A stretch of DNA of 64,000 nucleotides from the NCBI GenBank assembly GCA_965230535.1, contig OZ246010.1, forward strand, positions 2,102,552 to 2,166,551, written 5' to 3'. Each line of letters opens with the position of its first letter. The first letter of the stretch is position 1. Below, one piece after another: positions 27,410 through 37,344 of this stretch. This stretch comes from Parvicellaceae bacterium. Its GTDB lineage: Bacteria > Bacteroidota > Bacteroidia > Flavobacteriales_D > JAUILH01. Made by a program: the position numbers and the translations under genes. The notes below the pieces were generated by a model. The model was given only the letters and a program-made list of their open reading frames with translations, was not told where the DNA came from and did no database searches.

Positions 27410-27928
27410 GTGAAAAGAGGGATGTACATACTATTGCTTGCGTTGACATTTTTGTCGATGAAGGCGCCCACACCCCCAGATGGTAGAACAAGAATTAAAG
27501 CTCTGATGGTATACCAGTTCGCTACACAGATAGATTGGCCCAAACAATTTAAAACGGGAAGTTTCGTAATCGGTGTTTACGGAAACAATGATCTTTATGA
27601 GGAACTGAAGAAGAATCACTCCTCAAAAACGGTTGGTAGTCAGCCCATCAAGATTTTAAATTTTGCCACTACCAGTGATATTAAAAAATGCCACATTCTT
27701 TACGTTGATCCGTCTAAAAGTGGTAGTATCAAAGATTTAGTCAAAAAGTATAAGTCTCAAAGTATGCTCGTGGTTTCAGAAAAAGATGGCGGCCTTAAAG
27801 ATGGGGCTGTGATCAATTTTGTAGCTAAAAACGATCGTACTAAATATGAATTAAGTAAAACCAATGCCAACACGGCTAAACTAATTATCAACTCCAAAAT
27901 TATTGGATACGCAGTAAACATAGAATGA
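27410..27928 (+). CDS. YfiR-like (DUF4154) periplasmic protein
   Basis: 172 aa with a signal peptide. The conserved DUF4154 layout is IKALMVYQFATQIDWP...FVIGVYGNNDLYEEL...ILYVDPS...SMLVVSEKDG...GAVINFV. Confidence 0.55.
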   Translation: MKRGMYILLLALTFLSMKAPTPPDGRTRIKALMVYQFATQIDWPKQFKTGSFVIGVYGNNDLYEELKKNHSSKTVGSQPIKILNFATTSDIKKCHILYVDPSKSGSIKDLVKKYKSQSMLVVSEKDGGLKDGAVINFVAKNDRTKYELSKTNANTAKLIINSKIIGYAVNIE

Positions 27929-28815
27929 TCTATTTAAAGCACATATTGATTTTGATGACAGTATTCCTTACTGTTTCAGCTCAGGCGCAGCCTAGGTACA
28001 GTCACCGTGCTTTTGATGCGTACAAGGCGGACAACAATGCCCTTGCGCGTGCGTATTCCGATACTTCAATTACGATTGAAAAGGAAGCTCAGGATCCTCA
28101 AACCTGGTTGATCAGAGGTTTTGTTTACTATGAAAAGTTCTCTAAGATTGACAAGAAATCTAAAACATCTGAGGCACGTCCTATCAGTGAGGAAGCTTTC
28201 ATCAAAGTTCTGGAAATCGATACACTTGGATCTAACGTATCCAGAGCGAAAAAAGGCCTTTACAACATTGCCATCAGCCATTTCAATGAGTCTGTAAGAG
28301 CAATGAACGACAAGGAATACATGACCGCCGGAGCAAGTTATGAGAAGTATAAGGATTTGGCCAAAATTGCCAAGCCTGAGACTAATTTCCGTGAGAAAGA
28401 CATTACTTTCTACAACTCTCTTGGGTTTGTGAAACACAGCACATACAATAATGATAAGAAAGGTAAAGCTGAGTTATGGCAGGAAGCCATTGATGCTTAC
28501 CAGAAAACGCTTCAGTTGGATTCTGTGAACAGAGACGCCAATTACGAGATCGGAATCTTGTACTACAATAAGGCTGTAGACATGTTATTGTCTATTCCGA
28601 GTGACGCTTCAATGGAAGTGATCTTTAACACCCAGGATAATGCGGCTGAATTGTTCTTGAAATCAAGGCCACACATGATTCGCGCATACTACCACAATCC
28701 TAACGACGAAGACGTCCTGGAAGGCTTGGAAGGGATTGATTATGAGTTAAATCGACCCGAAAAAGTGGAACTTTGGAGGAAAAAGCGAAAAGAACTGCAA
28801 AAATCCAACGAATAA
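27925..28815 (+). CDS. hypothetical secreted helical (TPR-like) protein
   Basis: Signal peptide MIYLKHILILMTVFLTVSAQAQ. Overlaps the stop of the DUF4154 gene. Confidence 0.5.
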   Translation: MIYLKHILILMTVFLTVSAQAQPRYSHRAFDAYKADNNALARAYSDTSITIEKEAQDPQTWLIRGFVYYEKFSKIDKKSKTSEARPISEEAFIKVLEIDTLGSNVSRAKKGLYNIAISHFNESVRAMNDKEYMTAGASYEKYKDLAKIAKPETNFREKDITFYNSLGFVKHSTYNNDKKGKAELWQEAIDAYQKTLQLDSVNRDANYEIGILYYNKAVDMLLSIPSDASMEVIFNTQDNAAELFLKSRPHMIRAYYHNPNDEDVLEGLEGIDYELNRPEKVELWRKKRKELQKSNE

Positions 28816-28834
28816 ATCGTAGATTCGTTGGTCC

Positions 28835-30664
28835 ATGTCGGGTTTTAGGTTAACAATCGGTCGTAGAATTGGTTTAGGATTCGCAATCCTGATCGTTTTT
28901 GTTGTAATCCTGGTCTTAACCCTATTCCAAAATGTTGAGTCGAGTTCAAAAGCTTTTGAAAAGTCTAAAGCACTTGATGAAAAGGTTTCCAATATTTACG
29001 ACCCATCCAAACACATCATTGGTTCCATTCGTGAAAACATTCAGGAAACCAAAGGACTTATTCAAATCTGGGTTTGTAAAGAATCCCGTTCAGATAATCT
29101 AAACAAAGAGCGTTTCAGGCAACTTAAGAATACGGCCATTCCAAAAATGACGGATTCCCTTCGCGTTCTTAAAGAATCCTGGGATGATGATTATGAGATT
29201 AAGCTGGCAGATAGGCTACTCATGCAAATCGACACGCTATTTTCTCAATACGAAATTGTGACTGACAACCTTCAGGAAATGGAAGATTATCAGGACATGG
29301 TGAAATACTTTGAGGCCGATGAGATGGTAGCACCATCAGGTCCTATGCTGAAGCTGTCTGACAAAGTTGTTTTGAATCTGGATGACCTTTATGCCCGATA
29401 CGAAAGAAAAGTACGCATTGCCAACAAAGAGCAAATCGATTCATCAGAACAAACTACCGACAAGCTATCAACGCTACTTAGCTTGTGTATTTGGCTTGGA
29501 ATTGCCGTTGTTGTTGGAGCGATTGTGGTAAGTATGTTCACGACCAGATCCATTGTAAGACCAATTAATCAGCTGAAAGGCATGCTGGTGAAAATGGGAC
29601 GTGGTGTGATTCCGGATAACAAAATGAATCTCAGCAACGACGAAATCGGAGAAATGTCTGCCGCGTTGAACAGCATGGTTGAAGGTTATCGTCAAACCAC
29701 AGAATTCTCGAATCAGGTAGGGTCAGGTAATTTCGATTACGATTACCAACCTTTGAGCAATGAAGATGTGCTGGGGCACGCCTTGCTTAAGATGAGAGAT
29801 GATCTGGCTGAAAACGAAAGAATTCTTGAACAAAAAGTAGTTGAAAGAACAGAAGAAGTTGTTAGACAAAGAGATGAAATTGAACGTCAGCGACTCAAGG
29901 TAGAAGAGCTTTACAAGGATGTAACCGACAGTATTCGATACGCAAAGCGTCTTCAAGACTCTATTCTTCCTCCGGAAAGATATATCAAGGAATTGCTGCC
30001 TCAGTCCTTTGTTCTCTTCAAGCCTAAAGACATTGTAAGTGGTGATTTCTATTGGTTCGAGAAAACACAGAACAAAGTACTTTTTGCTGCGGTTGATTGT
30101 ACCGGACATGGTGTACCTGGTGCATTTATGAGTCTGGTAGGTGCCAATGCGCTCAATCAGGCAGTGAGAGAACATCAACTGGCCACACCATCAACTATTC
30201 TGGATGATTTGAACAAATTATCTTCCGATTCTCTCAACAAACACAGTGAGGAGAACTCTGTAAGAGATGGAATGGATTTGGCCATGTGTGCCATAGATAA
30301 AGAAAACAGAACTCTGGAATATGCCGGAGCAAACAACCCGCTTTACATCATCAGAAATAATGAGATTATGGTGACCAAGGCCGACAAGTTTGCCATTGGT
30401 AGCATGACGGGTGAAAAATATACCAACCACACCATTCAATTGGAAGAGGGTGATACCATTTACGTATTCTCAGATGGATATGCCGATCAGTTTGGTGGCG
30501 AAAAGGGCAAGAAATTCATGTACAAGAAGTTCCGCGAGTTGCTTAAATCTATCAAGGATTTACCAATGACAGAGCAAAAGACTATCTTGGATAATGAAAT
30601 TGAGGCGTGGAAAGGCTCATACGAGCAAATCGACGATATCCTTGTAATTGGTGTAAAAATATAA
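28835..30664 (+). CDS. membrane-bound PP2C-type (SpoIIE/RsbU-like) Ser/Thr phosphatase with periplasmic domain and HAMP
   Basis: TM1 IGLGFAILIVFVVILVLTLF, a periplasmic region of about 170 aa, then TM2. HAMP segment RSIVRPINQLKG...DEIGEMSAALNSM. PP2C motifs GDFYWF, VDCTGHGVPGAFMS, DGMDLAMC, FSDGYADQFGG. Confidence 0.8.
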   Translation: MSGFRLTIGRRIGLGFAILIVFVVILVLTLFQNVESSSKAFEKSKALDEKVSNIYDPSKHIIGSIRENIQETKGLIQIWVCKESRSDNLNKERFRQLKNTAIPKMTDSLRVLKESWDDDYEIKLADRLLMQIDTLFSQYEIVTDNLQEMEDYQDMVKYFEADEMVAPSGPMLKLSDKVVLNLDDLYARYERKVRIANKEQIDSSEQTTDKLSTLLSLCIWLGIAVVVGAIVVSMFTTRSIVRPINQLKGMLVKMGRGVIPDNKMNLSNDEIGEMSAALNSMVEGYRQTTEFSNQVGSGNFDYDYQPLSNEDVLGHALLKMRDDLAENERILEQKVVERTEEVVRQRDEIERQRLKVEELYKDVTDSIRYAKRLQDSILPPERYIKELLPQSFVLFKPKDIVSGDFYWFEKTQNKVLFAAVDCTGHGVPGAFMSLVGANALNQAVREHQLATPSTILDDLNKLSSDSLNKHSEENSVRDGMDLAMCAIDKENRTLEYAGANNPLYIIRNNEIMVTKADKFAIGSMTGEKYTNHTIQLEEGDTIYVFSDGYADQFGGEKGKKFMYKKFRELLKSIKDLPMTEQKTILDNEIEAWKGSYEQIDDILVIGVKI

Positions 30665-30667
30665 GCT

Positions 30668-31231
30668 ATGGGAAATTGGGGAGACCTTGAAACATTAGAG
30701 AAAATTTACTGGATCATAGCGATTCCGAGTACGGCCATTTTCTTGATCTTTTTAATCATATCCATGTTTGCCGGGGCAGATGCGGATGCCGACATGGACG
30801 CAGATGTGGATGGTGAAATTGGCTTTCAATTCATTTCGCTTAAAAACTTATTGGGCTTCTTCGCTGTTTTTGCCTGGTCGGGTCTGGCTTGCATTGAGGC
30901 CGGCATGAGTAACTCTGCCACCATCATTGTTTCACTTTTGTCCGGACTGGCAATGATGACCATTATGGCCACCATTTTTTACTTTATGAGTAAGCTCACG
31001 GACAACGGAACTCTGAAAATGAGCAATGCTGTTGATCACATTGGAGAAGTTTATCTGACAATTCCAGCCAAAAGAGCTGGTTTTGGAAAAGTTCAGATTC
31101 GTGTACAGGGACGTTTACATGAATTGGAAGCTGTCACTGATAGCGAAGAAGACATTAATACCGGGAAACTGGTTGTCGTTAAGGAAGTCATTAACAATGA
31201 AATACTGCTCGTTGCTGAAAACGGGAAATAA
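30668..31231 (+). CDS. YqiJ/NfeD-like membrane protein (DUF1449 + C-terminal OB-fold)
   Basis: 187 aa with an acidic DADADMDADVD stretch and three TM helices, then the OB-fold-like KVQIRVQGRLHELEAVTDSEE...GKLVVV. It directly precedes a flotillin gene, matching the yqiJ-yqiK/nfeD-SPFH arrangement. Confidence 0.6.
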   Translation: MGNWGDLETLEKIYWIIAIPSTAIFLIFLIISMFAGADADADMDADVDGEIGFQFISLKNLLGFFAVFAWSGLACIEAGMSNSATIIVSLLSGLAMMTIMATIFYFMSKLTDNGTLKMSNAVDHIGEVYLTIPAKRAGFGKVQIRVQGRLHELEAVTDSEEDINTGKLVVVKEVINNEILLVAENGK

Positions 31232-32752
31232 TTGCATAACTCTATTACTATGAACACTCACATCACATTACTTGAAGAAATGGTGCCAGGCGTACCTCAG
31301 AATCTTTTGATTCTTACCGCCATCATTGTTGGTCTCCTCTTCCTGATCATCACAACGTTTATCAGACGATACAGAAGATGTCCTTCGGATAAGATTCTTG
31401 TTGTCTATGGTAAAGTTGGTAAGTCAGAAGGTAAAACCGCCAAATGTGTTCATGGTGGGGCCGCCTTCATTTGGCCGGTTATTCAGGATTTCGAGTTTCT
31501 TGATTTGAAGCCAATTCCGATTAATGTAGAGTTAACCAACGCACTTTCTAAGCAAAACATTCGTGTAGATGTACCATCGATTTTCACAGTAGGTATTTCT
31601 ACAGAGCCGGCAATTATGAACAACGCTGCCGAACGTCTTTTAGGCATGAACCTAAGCGACATTCAGATGATTGCTAAAGACATCATTTTCGGTCAGCTAA
31701 GATTGGTTATTGCTACCATGGATATTGAGGAAATCAACTCTAACAGAGAGAAATTCCTTGCCAATATTTCCAGTAATGTGGAGGCCGAGCTTAAAAAAGT
31801 TGGTTTGAAACTGATCAACGTAAACGTAACCGATATCCGAGATGAGTCAGGCTATATTGAAGCACTTGGTAAGGAAGCAGCTGCAAGAGCGATCAATGAC
31901 GCACGTAAGAGCGTTGCTGAAAAGAACAGAGATGGGTCTATTGGTGAAGCCAATGCTGTTCAGGATCAAAGGGTAAAGGTTGCTGAGGCCAACTCGAAAG
32001 CATCCATTGGTGAAGCACAGGCGAACCAAAGACAACGTATTGATGTAGCTGCTGCTGATGCTGCGGCCATCGAAGGGGAAAACACGGCAAAAATTACAGT
32101 TGCGGAATCTGATGCACTAAGAAGAGAAGCTGAAGCAGAAGCTGAGAAACGAGCCATTGCCTCTGAGAAAGTTCAGGCGGCAAAAGCACTTGAAGAGGCT
32201 TACTCTGCGGAGCAAGCTGCGGAGGACGCCAGAGCCCAAAGAGATAAAGCAACACAACATGCGAACGTTGTAATTCCTGCAGAAATTGAGAAAACGAAAG
32301 TTGAAATTAATGCGGAAGCAGAAGCGGAATTGACCAGAAGAATCGCAAGAGGTGAAGCTGATGCCGTTCTGATGAAGAAACAAGCAGAAGCACAAGGTAT
32401 TTATGAAGTCTTGACCAAGCAGGCAGAAGGTCTTGACAGAATCGTTGAAGCAGCCGGTGGTCAGTCTAAGGATGCAGTACTTCTGTTAATCGCAGATAAG
32501 CTACCAGAGCTAGTTAAAACGCAAGCAGAAGCCATTAAGAACATTCAAATCGACAAAGTCACTGTTTGGGAAGGTGGTAACAATGCCAATGGCAAAAGTT
32601 CAACAGCTAACTTCATTTCAGGTTTGTACAAATCTGTTCCGCCACTTGAGGAAATGTTCAACATGGCCGGAATGGAGTTGCCTCAATACCTGAGAAATAA
32701 ACCGGATGCGCCAAATGAAGACACACCTGAGGCTGAAGAAGCACAGGAATAA
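31232..32752 (+). CDS. flotillin (SPFH/Band 7 family, YqiK/FloT-like)
   Basis: N-terminal TM helix, SPFH domain, then long Ala/Glu-rich flotillin coiled-coil repeats AEAEAEKRAIASEKVQAAKALEEAYSAEQAAE. 506 aa. Confidence 0.85.
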   Translation: MHNSITMNTHITLLEEMVPGVPQNLLILTAIIVGLLFLIITTFIRRYRRCPSDKILVVYGKVGKSEGKTAKCVHGGAAFIWPVIQDFEFLDLKPIPINVELTNALSKQNIRVDVPSIFTVGISTEPAIMNNAAERLLGMNLSDIQMIAKDIIFGQLRLVIATMDIEEINSNREKFLANISSNVEAELKKVGLKLINVNVTDIRDESGYIEALGKEAAARAINDARKSVAEKNRDGSIGEANAVQDQRVKVAEANSKASIGEAQANQRQRIDVAAADAAAIEGENTAKITVAESDALRREAEAEAEKRAIASEKVQAAKALEEAYSAEQAAEDARAQRDKATQHANVVIPAEIEKTKVEINAEAEAELTRRIARGEADAVLMKKQAEAQGIYEVLTKQAEGLDRIVEAAGGQSKDAVLLLIADKLPELVKTQAEAIKNIQIDKVTVWEGGNNANGKSSTANFISGLYKSVPPLEEMFNMAGMELPQYLRNKPDAPNEDTPEAEEAQE

Positions 32753-32764
32753 CATCTTGATTAA

Positions 32765-35700
32765 ATGAGGTTATTTGCCTCCATAGCGCTCCTGCTTGGT
32801 ATGTGCTGTTCTACAGCATTTGCACAGGACAACTCCATCAAGTTTCGAAATATTACTATTGAAGACGGGCTTTCTCAAAGTTCCGTGAATTGTATCATTC
32901 AGGACCAATATGGCTTCATCTGGATGGGTACTCAAGACGGGCTAAATAGGTACGACGGACAGCAGTTCAAGGTTTTTAAAAATCATCCCAACAACCTCCA
33001 ATCTTTAAGTAATAACTTCATTACGGACCTGCTTATTGACAAGGTGGGCAATATTTGGGTGGCTACACAGGGCGGGCTAAACCTCATGGATCCTATTCAT
33101 GAAACCTTTACTCATTTTAGCTACAGTGCCAATAATACTGAATCCATTTCTTCCAATAACATTACTTGCCTAGCACAAGATAAAGACGGAAATATCTGGG
33201 TGGGAACCAAATCCAGAGGACTCAATAAAATCAACCTAAAAACCAATGTTGCGGAACGTTTTACCATTAAAAACTCCGAAATCAGTAACAATGCGGTAAC
33301 GGATATTTTGGTTACCAAAGATGGGAGCGTTTGGGTAAGTACAATTGACGGAGTCAACGTTATTGTGAAGGATCAAGTTGTCAAAAACTATTACCACAAT
33401 AGTAACACTCTAAACACCTTAAACTCTAATCAGGTACACTGTATGGAAGAAGACTCCACAGGTGTAATCTGGTTTGGAACCAACGCAGGAATCAGTCAGC
33501 TAACCCGACAGGATGGGAAAGATTTCTTTAGTCATTTTACTATTAAAGACACCTCTTCCAAAGCCAGGTTGAACGTGAATGACATCTATTTTGACAAGAA
33601 GAATAACATGTGGATTGGCACCTCAGAAAGAGGGCTATACAAGCACTTTGAAGATAAAACGGGTGCCAGTAAATTCTATCAATTCAAAAACATCCACTAC
33701 GAACCAACCAGTTTGGTTTCAGATGAGGTTTACAAAGTTTATCCTGACAGAACAGGAAGTATCTGGGTAGGTACCAAAAATGGCATCAGTATGTTTGATG
33801 CACTTAAACAGGGCTTCATTCATCTGAAGAGAAATTATGATAGCAATAACAGTTTGCCGGACAACACCATTTGGTGCATTTACCCTGAAGGCAACGATCT
33901 GTTCTGGATAGGTACAAAAAAAGGCTTGTCGAGATACGACAGGATCAACAGTACTTTTAGAAATTTCTCTTTTCCGGCTGCCAATCCAAACAGACCGGGA
34001 AGCAAAGATGTTTTCATGTTCTTCAAAGATTCTGATGATGAGTACTGGATGGGAACAGCAGATGGGCTTTTTAAAGTGAGCTTCTCGTCTGACTACACAC
34101 AGATTTCTTTGGATTCAATTGAATATAAAGACGCCAGGGAAGATGAAACAGACCCAATAGTCTATCATATTTACGAAGACAAACGGGGGCGATTCTGGAT
34201 AGGTTGTGCCGATGGTATTTCGCTTTACAATAAAGAAACTGGTGCCTACCGCTTTTTCAGACATGATGCCAATAATAACCTGTCTCTGGCTGGCAACAAG
34301 GTAAGACAGATTTTGAGAGATGATAAGGGTCAAATTTGGGCGGCAAGCGGTGATGGCGTTTCTTTAATTCATGAGAAGGCAGACAGCGTATGGTTCGAAA
34401 ATTTCCGATTCTCTCCAAGTAACTCAAAGAGTTTGAGTCATAACGTAATTACCTCACTCTGGCAATCCGAACCAGGCATTATCTGGATTGGAACCTATGG
34501 AGGTGGTATCAATAAGCTTAAAACTCAAACCAAAGAATTTAGCCATTACAAGCTTGAAGATGGGCTCGCCAACAATGCGGTCTATGGCATCATTGGGGAT
34601 AACGACGGAAACCTCTGGATTTCGACCAACAATGGTTTGTCTAAATTTGATCCTGGCTCAGAAAGCTTTACCAACTACAAGAAAAAAGATGGTTTGCAAT
34701 CCAATGAATTCAATACTGGTGCATATGCTAAAACCATCAGTGGAGAAATCATTTTCGGGGGGATCAATGGCTTGAATTTCTTCAGAGCTCAAAACATCAA
34801 CATCAACACCATTTCTCCCAAAGTAGCCATCACCGGATTCAACATCAATGGCGAAGACATTGATCAGGGCGTATTGTTGTCAAAGAATTCTTTTGAGCTG
34901 GACTACCATGATCAGTCAATTACGATCAACTTTGCTGCACTTCATTATACCAACCCGGAAAACAACCAATTCAAATACAAACTGATTGGTGTAGACAATG
35001 ATTTTCAATACACGTCCTCAGAGCACAGGGCGCATTATACCAACCTGCCACCTGGTACTTATACCTTTAAAGTATATGCCGCCAACAGCGATGGTGTTTG
35101 GAGCACAGAACCTGCCGTGATGACCATTGTGGTAGAAACACCTTACTGGAAAACTACCTGGTTTCAGGTACTCATGATTGCGCTTGGTATTGCATTAACC
35201 TACGCTTTGTACTGGATGCGGGTTCGCGACATTAGACTCCAAAAACTCCGTTTGAGTACACTCGTTGAAAAGAAAACGCAGGAAGTTATCAAGCAGAAAA
35301 ACCAGATCGAGAAACAAAAAGAATTGCTCGAGAAAGAAAAAGACAAGGCCGAACAGCTACTCTTAAACATTCTGCCGGAAGAAACAGCTCAGGAGCTTAA
35401 GTCGAAGGGAAAAGCATCTGCAAGACAGTACAGAAGGGTGTCGGTAATGTTCACAGATTTCAAAGGATTTACGAGCATTGCGGAAGACATGAAGCCAGCT
35501 GAATTGGTTTCTCGTTTGGATGCTTACTTTGTGAAGTTTGATGAGATCGTTGAGCACTTCAATCTGGAAAAGATTAAGACCATTGGAGATGCTTACATGT
35601 GTGCGGGAGGTGTTCCGGTTAGAAACAAAGAAAACCCTATTCATACTGTGTTGGCCGGACTGGCAATTCAACGACACATGCACCAGTTAAAGGAAAAAGC

Positions 35701-36655
35701 TCAGAGTACGGGAGAAGATTTTTGGGAGCTGAGAATTGGAATCAACACTGGAGAAACTGTGGCGGGGGTGATCGGAACCAAAAGATTTGCCTACGATATT
35801 TGGGGAAATACGGTAAATGTGGCCTCCAGATTGGAAGCTGCCTGTGAACCCGGAAAAGTGAATATTTCCGGTCGAACGTACGACTTCATTGAGCCTTATT
35901 TCGACTGTACTTACAGGGGAAAAATTCCTGCTAAAAACAAGGGAGAAATTGACATGTACTATGTCAATCAAATTAAACCTGAGTTATCGGTAGACGGGCT
36001 GGGCATAGAACCCAACCAGCAATTCTACGACTACATCAACCTGCACATGTTTAGTGCAATCAATTACCAAAAAGCAGAGCGCTACATTATGAGGTTGCTG
36101 GAGAAAAAACTTTCACCAAGTTTACACTACCATAGTATTGCACATACCAAGGATGTAACGGAAGCGGCAGAGAGAATTGCTCTCTTGGAGGGCATCAAAG
36201 GAGAGGACTTATTCGTACTACAAACCGCTGCCACCTATCATGACGCTGGTTTCGTTGAACAATATGATGCCAATGAGCCTGTAGGGGCAAGAATGGCGGA
36301 AGAGATCCTGCCGAAATTTGGATACACGGAAGAGCAGATCAAAATCATTTCGGAGCTGATTCATGCTACCAAGATTCCGCATAGCCCTAAAAATCACCTG
36401 GAGCAGATCATTTGTGATGCAGATTTGGATTATTTGGGTCGGGAAGACTTCCATGAAATTGCTGATAAACTCCGTCTGGAGTTGAGAGAACATGGTAAAA
36501 TCAACAGTGATAAGTTGTGGGATGAGATCCAGATCAAGTTTTTAACCCAACACCAGTACTTCACTAAATCTGCAATAGAAACCAGGCAGCCTGGTAAAAA
36601 CAAGCATATTGAGGATATCAAAGCCCGACTTGCGGAAGATAATTACAAAGATTAA
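32765..36655 (+). CDS. periplasmic two-component-regulator-propeller/Y_Y_Y sensor fused to class III adenylyl cyclase and C-terminal HD phosphohydrolase domain
   Basis: Signal peptide. About 12 Reg_prop repeats (GTxxGLxxYD...F, e.g. WMGTQDGLNRYDG). A Y_Y_Y-like domain. TM helix TWFQVLMIALGIALTYALYW, then a coiled coil. Cyclase homology domain: VSVMFTDFKGFT (metal Asp), KTIGDAYMCAGG (second Asp), AYDIWGNTVNVASRLEA (Asn-Arg transition-state pair; the Asp before WG points to adenine). HD domain: HSIAHTKDV...TYHDAGF...ICDADLDYLG. Confidence 0.85.
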   Translation: MRLFASIALLLGMCCSTAFAQDNSIKFRNITIEDGLSQSSVNCIIQDQYGFIWMGTQDGLNRYDGQQFKVFKNHPNNLQSLSNNFITDLLIDKVGNIWVATQGGLNLMDPIHETFTHFSYSANNTESISSNNITCLAQDKDGNIWVGTKSRGLNKINLKTNVAERFTIKNSEISNNAVTDILVTKDGSVWVSTIDGVNVIVKDQVVKNYYHNSNTLNTLNSNQVHCMEEDSTGVIWFGTNAGISQLTRQDGKDFFSHFTIKDTSSKARLNVNDIYFDKKNNMWIGTSERGLYKHFEDKTGASKFYQFKNIHYEPTSLVSDEVYKVYPDRTGSIWVGTKNGISMFDALKQGFIHLKRNYDSNNSLPDNTIWCIYPEGNDLFWIGTKKGLSRYDRINSTFRNFSFPAANPNRPGSKDVFMFFKDSDDEYWMGTADGLFKVSFSSDYTQISLDSIEYKDAREDETDPIVYHIYEDKRGRFWIGCADGISLYNKETGAYRFFRHDANNNLSLAGNKVRQILRDDKGQIWAASGDGVSLIHEKADSVWFENFRFSPSNSKSLSHNVITSLWQSEPGIIWIGTYGGGINKLKTQTKEFSHYKLEDGLANNAVYGIIGDNDGNLWISTNNGLSKFDPGSESFTNYKKKDGLQSNEFNTGAYAKTISGEIIFGGINGLNFFRAQNININTISPKVAITGFNINGEDIDQGVLLSKNSFELDYHDQSITINFAALHYTNPENNQFKYKLIGVDNDFQYTSSEHRAHYTNLPPGTYTFKVYAANSDGVWSTEPAVMTIVVETPYWKTTWFQVLMIALGIALTYALYWMRVRDIRLQKLRLSTLVEKKTQEVIKQKNQIEKQKELLEKEKDKAEQLLLNILPEETAQELKSKGKASARQYRRVSVMFTDFKGFTSIAEDMKPAELVSRLDAYFVKFDEIVEHFNLEKIKTIGDAYMCAGGVPVRNKENPIHTVLAGLAIQRHMHQLKEKAQSTGEDFWELRIGINTGETVAGVIGTKRFAYDIWGNTVNVASRLEAACEPGKVNISGRTYDFIEPYFDCTYRGKIPAKNKGEIDMYYVNQIKPELSVDGLGIEPNQQFYDYINLHMFSAINYQKAERYIMRLLEKKLSPSLHYHSIAHTKDVTEAAERIALLEGIKGEDLFVLQTAATYHDAGFVEQYDANEPVGARMAEEILPKFGYTEEQIKIISELIHATKIPHSPKNHLEQIICDADLDYLGREDFHEIADKLRLELREHGKINSDKLWDEIQIKFLTQHQYFTKSAIETRQPGKNKHIEDIKARLAEDNYKD

Positions 36656-37344
36656 GCTTTAGGTTTTTCTGTTAGCTTATGGATGGTGTCTTCATGCTCG
36701 ATGGCAAACCTCAACAATGAATGGTTTCCTTTAAGATCAAGTTTTCTGGCAATGTTATTTCTGTGGTTCGAAATGGTTTTTCGGGTAACGAAAAGGGTGT
36801 CCGCAATTTCCTGACTCGTTTTGTATGCAGCCACTTTTAACAAGACCTGAAGTTCCGTTTTTGTGAGTGACTCCAACCTTTCTTTTAAAGCCTGGTCCTC
36901 CCTCTTTTTCGATTGAAAATGCCTTTGTACATCCGGACTCACATACTTCTGTCCTTTGCTCAAAGCTTCCAGACAATTGATGACATCCAAAATGGCATTT
37001 TCTTTAATAACATAGCCATGAATTCCAAGATTCATTGCGGCATCAAAAGGGCCTTTGGAATTGTGCATGGTTAACATGGCAATGGGCAACAAGGGGTTTT
37101 TCTCTTTAAGAGTTTTGGCCGCTTCAAGGCCGTTCATAACGGGCATATCAATGTCGAGCAATACAATATCCGGAGAGCGTAACTCGTAAAGCTTTAGCAT
37201 CTCTTCTCCGTTTTTGGCTTCTCCAACCACCTCAAAGTTCTGACTTGCATCAATAATGCCTTTAAGGCCACTTAAGAAAATGGGATGATCATCCGCAATA
37301 CAAACCTTCATTTTAGTAGCCATACCGTTTACTTTTTTAGCCAA
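36652..37344 (-). CDS. response regulator transcription factor (NarL/FixJ family, LuxR-type HTH)
   Basis: REC domain KVCIADDHPIF...LLDIDMP. C-terminal LuxR HTH LTKTELQVLLKVAAYKTSQEIADTLFVTRKTISNHRNNIARKL. The true start may be one of the internal Met codons (MATKMKV). Confidence 0.85.
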   Translation of the reverse strand: MAKKVNGMATKMKVCIADDHPIFLSGLKGIIDASQNFEVVGEAKNGEEMLKLYELRSPDIVLLDIDMPVMNGLEAAKTLKEKNPLLPIAMLTMHNSKGPFDAAMNLGIHGYVIKENAILDVINCLEALSKGQKYVSPDVQRHFQSKKREDQALKERLESLTKTELQVLLKVAAYKTSQEIADTLFVTRKTISNHRNNIARKLDLKGNHSLLRFAIEHEDTIHKLTEKPKA

